DNA of 64,000 nucleotides from Paraphysomonas bandaiensis. Its lineage: Eukaryota; Protista; Chrysophyceae. The DNA is taken from contig CBFFRP010000578.1 of assembly GCA_965644295.1 (NCBI GenBank), forward strand, positions 7,747-71,746, in the 5' to 3' direction. Position numbers and translations under genes: made by a program. Below, piece after piece: positions 61,801 to 64,000 of this stretch (its first letter is position 1; each line of letters opens with the position of its first letter). The notes under the pieces were generated by a model. The model saw only the letters and a list, made by a program, of their open reading frames with translations, was not told the DNA's origin and searched no databases.

Positions 61801-64000
61801 AAACTTGGCTCGCCACTAGGAACACAACTAGGGGCACCACTGGGGGCAACGGTGGGAACAGATGTCGGTAGTGCTGTTGGGGACACGGTCGGAGAGAACG
61901 ACGGGGCAGATGTCGGAACCGACGTAGGAGATCTCGTTGGAGAAAGAGTAGGATCCACTGTCGGTGCGTAAGTAGGAACAGAGCTAGGTGTTGCACTTGG
62001 GGCCGACGTTGGAGTAAACGTAGGACTCGATGTAGGATGTGACGTAGGATCTCTAGTAGGACTCATTGTCGGGGTACTACTCGGTAACGCTGTAGGAGAA
62101 CGAGTAGGAGTCGAGCTTGGGGATGACGTCGGATGCACTGTAGGAACCCTCGTTGGACGAGACGTTGGAGAGTGTGTAGGGGAATTCGTTTCTCCATCAA
62201 CAGTTGGGCGTGATGTCACTGGCGCCAAACTTGGCTCGCAACTAGGAACACAACTAGGGGCTCCACTGGGGGCAACGGTGGGAACAGATGTCGGTAGTGC
62301 TGTTGGGGACACGGTCGGAGAGAACGACGGGGCAGATGTCGGAACCGACGTAGGAGATCTCGTTGGAGAAAGAGTAGGATCCATTGTAGGTGCGTAAGTA
62401 GGAACAGAGCTAGGTGTTGCACTTGGGGCCGACGTTGGAGTAAACGTAGGACTCGATGTAGGATGTGACGTAGGATCTCTAGTAGGAATCATTGTCGGGG
62501 TACTACTCGGTAACGCTGTAGGAGAACGAGTAGGAGTCGAGCTTGGGGATGACGTCGGATGCACTGTAGGAACCCTCGTTGGACGAGACGTTGGAGAGTG
62601 TGTAGGGGAATTCGTTTCTCCATCAACAGTCGGGCGTGATGTCACTGGCGCCAAACTTGGCTCGCAACTAGGAACACAACTAGGGGCTCCACTGGGGGCA
62701 ACGGTGGGAACAGATGTCGGTAGTGCTGTTGGGGACACGGTCGGAGAGAACGACGGGGCAGATGTCGGAACCGACGTAGGAGATCTCGTTGGAGAAAGAG
62801 TAGGATCCACTGTCGGTGCGTAAGTAGGAACAGAGCTAGGTGTTGCACTTGGGGCCGACGTTGGAGTAAACGTAGGACTCGATGTAGGATGTGACGTAGG
62901 ATCTCTAGTAGGACTCATTGTCGGGGTACTACTCGGTAACGCTGTAGGAGAACGAGTAGGAGTCGAGCTTGGGGATGACGTCGGATGCACTGTTGGAACC
63001 CTCGTTGGACGAGACGTTGGAGAGTGTGTAGGGGAATTCGTTTCTCCATCAACAGTCGGGCGTGATGTCACTGGCGCCAAACTTGGCTCGCCACTAGGAA
63101 CACAACTAGGGGCTCCACTGGGGGCAACGGTGGGAACAGATGTCGGTAGTGCTGTTGGGGACACGGTCGGAGAGAACGACGGGGCAGATGTCGGAACCGA
63201 CGTAGGAGATCTCGTTGGAGAAAGAGTAGGATCCACTGTCGGTGCGTAAGTAGGAACAGAGCTAGGTGTTGCACTTGGGGCCGACGTTGGAGTAAACGTA
63301 GGACTCGATGTAGGATGTGACGTAGGATCTCTAGTAGGACACATTGTCGGGGTACTACTCGGTAACGCTGTAGGAGAACGAGTAGGAGTCGAGCTTGGGG
63401 ATGACGTCGGATGCACTGTAGGAACCCTCGTTGGACGAGATGTTGGAGAATGTGTAGGGGAATTCGTTTCTCCATCAACAGTCGGGCGTGATGTCACTGG
63501 CGCCAAACTTGGCTCGCCACTAGGAACACAACTAGGGGCACCACTGGGGGCAACGGTGGGAACAGATGTCGGTAGTGCTGTTGGGGACACGGTCGGAGAG
63601 AACGACGGGGCAGATGTCGGAACCGACGTAGGAGATCTCGTTGGAGAAAGAGTAGGATCCACTGTCGGTGCGTAAGTAGGAACAGAGCTAGGTGTTGCAC
63701 TTGGGGCCGACGTTGGAGTAAACGTAGGACTCGATGTAGGATGTGACGTAGGATCTCTAGTAGGACACATTGTCGGGGTACTACTCGGTAACGCTGTAGG
63801 AGAACGAGTAGGAGTCGAGCTTGGGGATGACGTCGGATGCACTGTAGGAACCCTCGTTGGACGAGATGTTGGAGGATGTGTAGGGGAATTCGTTTCTCCA
63901 TCAACAGTCGGGCGTGATGTCACTGGCGCCAAACTTGGCTCGCAACTAGGAACACAACTAGGGGCACCACTGGGGGCAACGGTGGGAACAGATGTCGGTA
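40881..64000 (-). CDS. Giant single-pass surface protein (over 7,700 aa, 5'-partial): mucin/PT repeats, six NHL-propeller-like modules, REJ region, GPS-like region, TM, TPR
   Basis: Uninterrupted frame from the window end to the stop at 40881. REJ-like motifs LDASFSYD, LSYSWDC and EDDDLPLSYSF. TM LIYSIAFPILFLCCLLCIGLYFL. TPR NGLAEVLSAQGKYLDAIPLYQQA. Confidence 0.9.
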   Translation of the reverse strand, partial: PTSVPTVAPSGAPSCVPSCEPSLAPVTSRPTVDGETNSPTHPPTSRPTRVPTVHPTSSPSSTPTRSPTALPSSTPTMCPTRDPTSHPTSSPTFTPTSAPSATPSSVPTYAPTVDPTLSPTRSPTSVPTSAPSFSPTVSPTALPTSVPTVAPSGAPSCVPSGEPSLAPVTSRPTVDGETNSPTHSPTSRPTRVPTVHPTSSPSSTPTRSPTALPSSTPTMCPTRDPTSHPTSSPTFTPTSAPSATPSSVPTYAPTVDPTLSPTRSPTSVPTSAPSFSPTVSPTALPTSVPTVAPSGAPSCVPSGEPSLAPVTSRPTVDGETNSPTHSPTSRPTRVPTVHPTSSPSSTPTRSPTALPSSTPTMSPTRDPTSHPTSSPTFTPTSAPSATPSSVPTYAPTVDPTLSPTRSPTSVPTSAPSFSPTVSPTALPTSVPTVAPSGAPSCVPSCEPSLAPVTSRPTVDGETNSPTHSPTSRPTRVPTVHPTSSPSSTPTRSPTALPSSTPTMIPTRDPTSHPTSSPTFTPTSAPSATPSSVPTYAPTMDPTLSPTRSPTSVPTSAPSFSPTVSPTALPTSVPTVAPSGAPSCVPSCEPSLAPVTSRPTVDGETNSPTHSPTSRPTRVPTVHPTSSPSSTPTRSPTALPSSTPTMSPTRDPTSHPTSSPTFTPTSAPSATPSSVPTYAPTVDPTLSPTRSPTSVPTSAPSFSPTVSPTALPTSVPTVAPSGAPSCVPSGEPSLAPVTSRPTVDGETNSPTHSPTSRPTRVPTVHPTSSPSSTPTRSPTALPSSTPTMSPTRDPTSHPTSSPTFTPTSAPSATPSSVPTYAPTMDPTLSPTRSPTSVPTSAPSFSPTVSPTALPTSVPTVAPSGAPSCVPSCEPSLAPVTSRPTVDGETNSPTHSPTSRPTRVPTVHPTSSPSSTPTRSPTALPSSTPTMIPTRDPTSHPTSSPTFTPTSAPSATPSSIPTYAPTMDPTLSPTRSPTSVPTSAPSFSPTVSPTALPTSVPTVAPSGAPSCVPSCEPSLAPVTSRPTVDGETNSPTHSPTSRPTRVPTVHPTSSPSSTPTRSPTALPSSTPTMIPTRDPTSHPTSSPTFTPTSAPSATPSSVPTYAPTVDPTLSPTRSPTSVPTSAPSFSPTVSPTALPTSVPTVAPSGAPSCVPSGEPSLAPVTSRPTVDGETNSPTHSPTSRPTRVPTVHPTSSPSSTPTRSPTALPSSTPTMSPTRDPTSHPTSSPTFTPTSAPSATPSSIPTYAPTMDPTLSPTRSPTSVPTSAPSFSPTVSPTALPTSVPTVAPSGAPSCVPSGEPSLAPVTSRPTVDGETNSPTHSPTSRPTRVPTVHPTSSPSSTPTRSPTALPSSTPTMSPTRDPTSHPTSSPTFTPTSAPSATPSSIPTYAPTMDPTLSPTRSPTSVPTSAPSFSPTVSPTALPTSVPTVAPSGAPSCVPSGEPSLAPVTSRPTVDGESNSPTHSPTSRPTRVPTVQPTSSPSSTPTRSPTALPSSTPTMIPTRDPTSHPTSSPTFTPTSAPSATPSSVPTYAPTVDPTLSPTRSPTSVPTSAPSFSPTVSPTALPTSVPTVAPSGAPSCVPSGEPSLAPVTSRPTVDGETNSPTHSPTSRPTRVPTVQPTSSPSSTPTRSPTALPSSTPTMIPTRDPTSHPTSSPTFTPTSAPSATPSSIPTYAPTMDPTLSPTRSPTSVPTSAPSFSPTVSPTALPTSVPTVAPSGAPSCVPSGEPSLAPVTSRPTVDGETNSPTHSPTSRPTRVPTVHPTSSPSSTPTRSPTALPSSTPTMSPTRDPTSHPTSSPTFTPTSAPSATPSSVPTYAPTMDPTLSPTRPPTSVPTSAPSFSPTVSPTALPTSVPTVAPSGAPSCVPSGEPSLAPVTSRPTVDGETNSPTHSPTSRPTRVPTVHPTSSPSSTPTRSPTALPSSTPTMIPTRDPTSHPTSSPTFTPTSAPSATPSSVPTYAPTVDPTLSPTRSPTSVPTSAPSFSPTVSPTALPTSVPTVAPSGAPSCVPSGEPSLAPVTSRPTVDGESNSPTHSPTSRPTRVPTVHPTSSPSSTPTRSPTALPSSTPTMIPTRDPTSHPTSSPTFTPTSAPSATPSSVPTYAPTVDPTLSPTRSPTSVPTSAPSFSPTVSPTALPTSVPTVAPSGAPSCVPSGEPSLAPVTSRPTVDGESNSPTHSPTSRPTRVPTVHPTSSPSSTRSTPTRSPTALPSSTPTMSPTRDPTSHPTSSPTFTPTSAPSATPSSVPTYAPTVDPTLSPTRSPTSVPTSAPSFSPTVSPTALPTSVPTVAPSGAPSCVPSGEPSLAPVTSRPTVDGESNSPTHSPTSRPTRVPTVHPTSSPSSTPTRSPTALPSSTPTMIPTRDPTSHPTSSPTFTPTSAPSATPSSVPTYAPTMDPTLSPTRSPTSVPTSAPSFSPTVSPTALPTSVPTVAPSGAPSCVPSGEPSLAPVTSRPTVDGETNSPTHSPTSRPTRVPTVHPTSSPSSTPTRSPTALPSSTPTMSPTRDPTSHPTSSPTFTPTSAPSATPSSVPTYAPTVDPTLSPTRSPTSVPTSAPSFSPTVSPTALPTSVPTVAPSGAPSCVPSGEPSLAPVTSRPTVDGESNSPTHSPTSRPTRVPTVHPTSSPSSTPTRSPTALPSSTPTMSPTRDPTSHPTSSPTFTPTSAPSATPSSVPTYAPTVDPTLSPTRSPTSVPTSAPSFSPTVSPTALPTSVPTVAPSGAPSCVPSGEPSLAPVTSRPTVDGESNSPTHSPTSRPTRVPTVHPTSSPSSTPTRSPTALPSSTPTMSPTRDPTSHPTSSPTFTPTSAPSTTPSSVPTYAPTMDPTLSPTRSPTSVPTSAPSFSPTVSPTALPTSVPTVAPSGAPSCVPSGEPSLAPVTSRPTVDGETNSPTHSPTSRPTRVPTVHPTSSPSSTPTRSPTALPSSTPTMIPTRDPTSHPTSSPTFTPTSAPSTIPSSVPTYAPTVDPTLSPTRSPTSVPTSAPSFSPTVSPTALPTSLPTSTPTILPTEAPTHPPSVSPTAPTFAPSVDHRFSNVSTFSVVGSVVGVESGMYLDSSGVFVTNGSAVIFIVGSSVESYDPTEPRTVLTVAGGSTGDSNDGLFSSGATFGNVGKMKYDEDSDILFACGDEERLVRILDFATRYVHTVSNSAGDRFVFTKSDGLSTGGRFPGMDVDKAGSYLYVTDRTKLFNLTRDTSSTSISAYVRNEYTALTAFKTANSWPNNVYIFGVAAVESHGMIYVTVSLGLNLLLRIPMGVSHYSEITVLAGDPSVTYGGIGSDDPTPYLQDGFGTSALLAFPSSITYDPVDDSLYFTESFSEFGSEFDDFNVGSMTVRKYSVYSGYVSTYAGYDFSQDRNGSDVYTTAGGYRDGWGGVAEFSYPLTISYAYSHLNRPVLFVTDFLNDAIRVVYTVVGSIPSQISKPPTCRPTVSPSYFPSRVPTYFPSLSPTHLPSVKPSHMPSSFPSSVPTSMPSVDYRFSNVSTFSVVGSVVGVESGMYLDSSGVFVTNGSAVIFIVGSSVESYDPTEPRTVLTVAGGSTGDSNDGLFSSGATFGNVGKMKYDEDSDILFACGDEERLVRILDFATRYVYTVSNSAGDRFVFTKSDGLSTGGRFPGMDVDKAGSYLYVTDRTKLFNLTRDTSSTSISAYVRNEYTALTAFKTANSWPNNVYIFGVAAVESHGMIYVTVSLGLNLLLRIPMGVSHYSEITVLAGDPSVTYGGIGSDDPTPYLQDGFGTSALLAFPSSITYDPVGDSLYFTESFSELGSEFDDFNVGSMTVRKYSVYSGYVSTYAGYDFSQDRNGSDVYTTAGGYRDGWGGVAEFSYPLTISYAYSHLNRPVLFVTDFLNDAIRVVYTGIGAVPSAVTSPPTRKPTMFPSRNPTMLPSLGLTNLPSVLPTTDNTVINVSTYFSLGSVVSVEPGQYINMAGVFVSIANKIVFINKYDVESTNIRFNISAIHVAGGSVKASTDGSFDNGEAHFDDVNRMKYDDDSDILFACGDKERLVRILDFATRYVYTVSNSAGDRFVFTKSDGLSTGGRFPGMDVDKAGSYLYVTDRTKLFNLTRDTSSTSISAYVRNEYTALTAFKTANSWPNNVYIFGVAAVESHGMIYVTVSLGLNLLLRIPMGVSHYSEITVLAGDPSVTYGGIGSDDPTPYLQDGFGTSALLAFPSSITYDPVGDSLYFTESFSELGSEFDDFNVGSMTVRKYSVYSGYVSTYAGYDFSQDRNGSDVYTTAGGYRDGRGGVAEFSYPLTISYAYSHLNRPVLFVTDFLNDAIRVVYSVYSPTSFPTSQPSNSRPTICPSCFPSFCPSIVPSINPSSSPSGVPTAYPTASVTAIPSHTPSHTPSLHPTGIPSCTPSAAPTFLPSGTPTFEPTMGPICSPSATPTRHPTTTPTLKPTLLSTCDPTPSPTTNPSCHPSSSPTYVPTSHPSAAQTDVPSSPPSLSPSWSPTSSPTICPIVIPSVLPSSTPTSLPTTSVPTATPSCSPTGPTLSPTHDYRFVNVSTLSENMKGMVGLASGLYMGASGLFVTTGTAVLFVNDTGIGSYRSDRVPMFVTIVNISTEDFQDGPNLSGEPTIGSIIHDNANDIIYACDDTYRKIRSLDLKSGIAYTVSNVTGNTYEFTEYDGLSTGGRFPGMDVDKAGSYLYVTDRTKLFNLTRDTSSTSISAYVRNEYTALTAFKTANSWPNNVYIFGVAAVESHGMIYVTVSLGLNLLLRIPMGVSHYSDITVLAGDPSVTYGGIGSDDPTPYLQDGFGTSALLAFPSSITYDPVGDSLYFTESFSEFGSEFDDFNVGSMTVRKYSVYSGYVSTYAGYDFSQDRNEDGSYYTAGGYRDGWGGVAEFSYPLTISYAYSHLNRPVLFVTDFLNDAIRVVYTGVGVVRSIESSPPTISPTLRPTVIPTKFPTDLPTCLPSSFPSSAPSMLPTQVVSVAPSPIPTSIPTLSPSTFPPTLTPTVDYKFINVSSVAITANRSIGVEYGSYMNMSGVFYTTITNEIMFINQSTIENSATNHPPFIVKVAGGSTAHGNQDGSFESNEVGFENIGTMKYDASTNTLYVTVSAEQRLVRILDFATRYVYTVSNSAGDRFVFTESDGLSTGGRFPGMDVDKAGSYLYVTDRTKLFNLTRDTSSTSISAYVRNEYTALTAFKTANSWPNNVYIFGVAAVESHGMIYVTVSLGLNLLLRIPMGVSHYSEITVLAGDPSVTYGGIGSDDPTPYLQDGFGTSALLAFPSSITYDPVGDSLYFTESFSELGSEFDDFNVGSMTVRKYSVYSGYVSTYAGYDFSQDRNEDGSYYTAGGYRDGWGGVAEFSYPLTISYAYSHLNRPVLFVTDFLNDAIRVVYTAVGSKAVNNTLPPTLFPSPLPSILPTIHPTVTCNPSVLPTVDGRVVNVSTLANINGAVGVEPGYYSGVSGFFVSIASKILFVNGTITNGNILDFSSKTKFVTGGPSGGSEDGNFENSNTSFSKVSKMKYDNDSDLLYVCSDDSKLIRILDFATRYVYTVSNSAGDRFVFTESDGLSTGGRFPGMDVDKAGSYLYVTDRTKLFNLTRDTSSTSISAYVRNEYTALTAFKTANSWPNNVYIFGVAAVESHGMIYVTVSLGLNLLLRIPMGVSHYSEITVLAGDPSVTYGGIGSDDPTPYLQDGFGTSALLAFPSSITYDPVGDSLYFTESFSEFGSEFDDFNVGSMTVRKYSVYSGYVSTYAGYDFSQDRNGSDVYTTAGGYRDGWGDVAEFSYPLTISYAYSHLNRPVLFVTDFLNDAIRVLYSSPFVGQSVSSVNVVSYPNIHVNVHSFFSSDVDGDLLIRSSTKAQISSTLSISIFDPNISAQFYQLLNSCSFDDTFLPTYFPTSKPTVRASATPTITYDIELAESIVDEIINGPSCDYRYKDSVWYGDQRSGGASMWRSFLANATVDYNFKIPRSVSVVVAGANCSGCSRANSYSRHIVCDDEQSLTSFYTALSEEVDGVVECSGHSWKTEMCSDSTLRVCVDCETPCDCGSNLAFPTDVACYGVGGRSSGMCMDIESLTTPPTFSHISTAPNFNMRSIVVTLHNISAEGYLYCAAYDGLPVITSVESIMVSGVRGYASGPGSFEVELTKLAIGVNYTILCYTESVLKQESGAEKTALSTVYDMAVKSTILGLKAIYLSYSGYRIPTAQSSSKFSIILNDRPSKAVEIGVQTYFAPLPQSGQCSLLISPDSLTVSTASVIPSQILFTSTSSIDASKAFRIYPLDAGCYYVTLNVSGDSAEEYYVNVSSSYSADEYVVIQAYGTDVTPEPPTLLAAKFSNSGASLVITFDSRTDMGMNGGLFDTVFSCDRIFSFAGASDSSCTFLSDREIKAALPALLSPVPSVGSSLSLLPGVVTAACTAGSTTCPSYGASPAAEVEIEAPLDPIIPTVRITAPQWISACSSLQLSYEQSSGSGGRNWTEAVWSAESLTQGADAKVTAYLNSAFSTCSEKSRCRQIPSSYLTSGRTYKFKLMLKNFLGASDSSSVTVVKRLKTTVPHVLFDGSRRRNIFTYETFAIHARASPSTCSGTSTTSSTLSYKWTVSSAGKTITSVINTASSPLNFIAAPYSFASGSDYKITLVVTDVVAGTSASSSMRVYVLDGSIVPLIRGGNYVTKSAGDVIELDASFSYDESVGTQRGEESNLSYSWDCIKVSPALDECGLDGVSSTKSVITIPANTLDSSATYEFTVLISNVISKAETTVELVTTAADKTTPVLEVSVLESDEQSGNRVVNWNDDIILSSTVISSSDAIAVWSILSSDTTLSELNFTVTSGGTFSFPHRVPRTFLANGDVSYIFQLAVYPNHCTDCAAAVTSVIVQVNAGPLYGDFDVFPIEGVAGTSGTNFSMASILCEDDDLPLSYSFAYLNAGTDSTLITAFSEFSFVSSYLPAGSLRDGKFYLTLKGTVFDRFGASTSRTTDVIVAPRDYASVDTLNDKIVSEIEYATGIRDYNLLFQSAASAHIAVEHYISLNGDNDKANIADIIFSLIDIVTSHLNEIEFTENSLYIESAISLCSLFANGTVVQTGEFPAVIEAAIVYSSEVSNIFIQSEFQSVDTALSLLSCVNTLDSAAAKAGASGQRRKLDLSNMYSVPDLVDLITENIIDILLVGEEASGVYSEFSVYVAIGWPFTLSNSIAGFPLSNEKPIPPSNFSEVLNFFDLNIAAKYILQVSTFSDIVEPDCEVENATCTVISAAGRTISSIMLSTTENVSVSEEASVWTTMPHSRNVSSDVTHLNEVHQVELYCEKEPSFSTQEYFCSADVTNGLSTVVEVECLANSLGTWTVSCPLYNTLPICADGTGAEDSSCNVVKFDGVSTTCSCPVSFNAFHTSDRRHRRLQSVSGEKEYAFSTESSVLLGTVLEFEKNATYESDRNESPTPAPVPVPVIKSSADDAVVETRTLIYSIAFPILFLCCLLCIGLYFLKRSYDRQQLEEKYANHDSVPTGQAHHLLLLRAKELRDDGNLEDAEETFRKALNLQSVEDDEFNLDVVDPMEKVEVINGLAEVLSAQGKYLDAIPLYQQAHQQFHHTWESAHSLVGGTKTDVHDLDDWYGKDIIENSSDSDMDGVSGAEFLTEASGSSKGLEEMSSAKNATDSSGNNTSLGAKDDDADTKRGRSVQFAAVPTVHGDDDNDTSDIEKGQDDSSESSSTVDSTELEETIKYLGREVSMRGLDRSPGEPHTLSVGSVNIEWKSDPSPSAGVLFEDNSHNDDINHTFSSLL
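46745..54945 (-). repeat. Six dispersed coding modules of about 1.13 kb with near-identical cores of about 0.75-0.85 kb
   Basis: Modules at about 46745-47880, 48010-49165, 49408-50545, 51200-52330, 52467-53610 and 53798-54945, separated by P/T/S linkers. Confidence 0.95.
55030..64000 (-). repeat. 426-bp (142-aa) coding tandem array, about 21 units, continuing beyond the window
   Basis: Constant 426-bp period. One unit has a 9-bp in-frame duplication near 57412-57429. Confidence 0.99.

Noticed and set aside
40902-63904. Many short repeated ORFs on both strands within the giant gene
   Set aside because: They are shadow or alternative frames of the repeated coding units.
55030-64000. CRISPR-like or non-coding satellite interpretation
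   Set aside because: There are no unique spacers and no cas genes, the context is eukaryotic, and the units are in-frame parts of one ORF.

Overview
Gene-dense eukaryotic nuclear DNA with short (about 45-80 nt) spliceosomal introns. It probably comes from a flagellated stramenopile: this is inferred from IFT38/CLUAP1 and a REJ protein with RRL motifs and PT repeats. Positions 1-36 kb carry ordinary genes: myosin, an EF-hand protein, an ERMP1-type M28 peptidase, an M20 amidohydrolase, a sulfotransferase, UPRT, CLUAP1, a DinB-like protein, TPR and LRR proteins and a 2OG-Fe(II) oxygenase. These are mixed with decayed Copia, Harbinger and possibly pogo remnants. Three things stand out. (1) A family of non-LTR retroposons shares a 3' tail, and four members also share a structured 3' end. 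There are six co-oriented insertions, five with clean 11-15 bp target-site duplications (TSDs). They include two RT-less 1.72-kb elements with long ORFs; one disrupts a retropepsin-like gene and the other has its empty site preserved elsewhere in the window. One copy is nested in another, and one is only 37 bp. (2) An intronless ORF of more than 23 kb, open past the window end, encodes a giant single-pass surface protein. It has about 21 mucin-like 142-aa repeats, six NHL-propeller-like modules with constant cores and variable N-termini, a REJ region, a GPS-like region, one TM helix and a cytoplasmic TPR. (3) The 10-mer ACAGCAGTAC recurs upstream of several genes. All family assignments are from motif recognition by eye; no searches were run.
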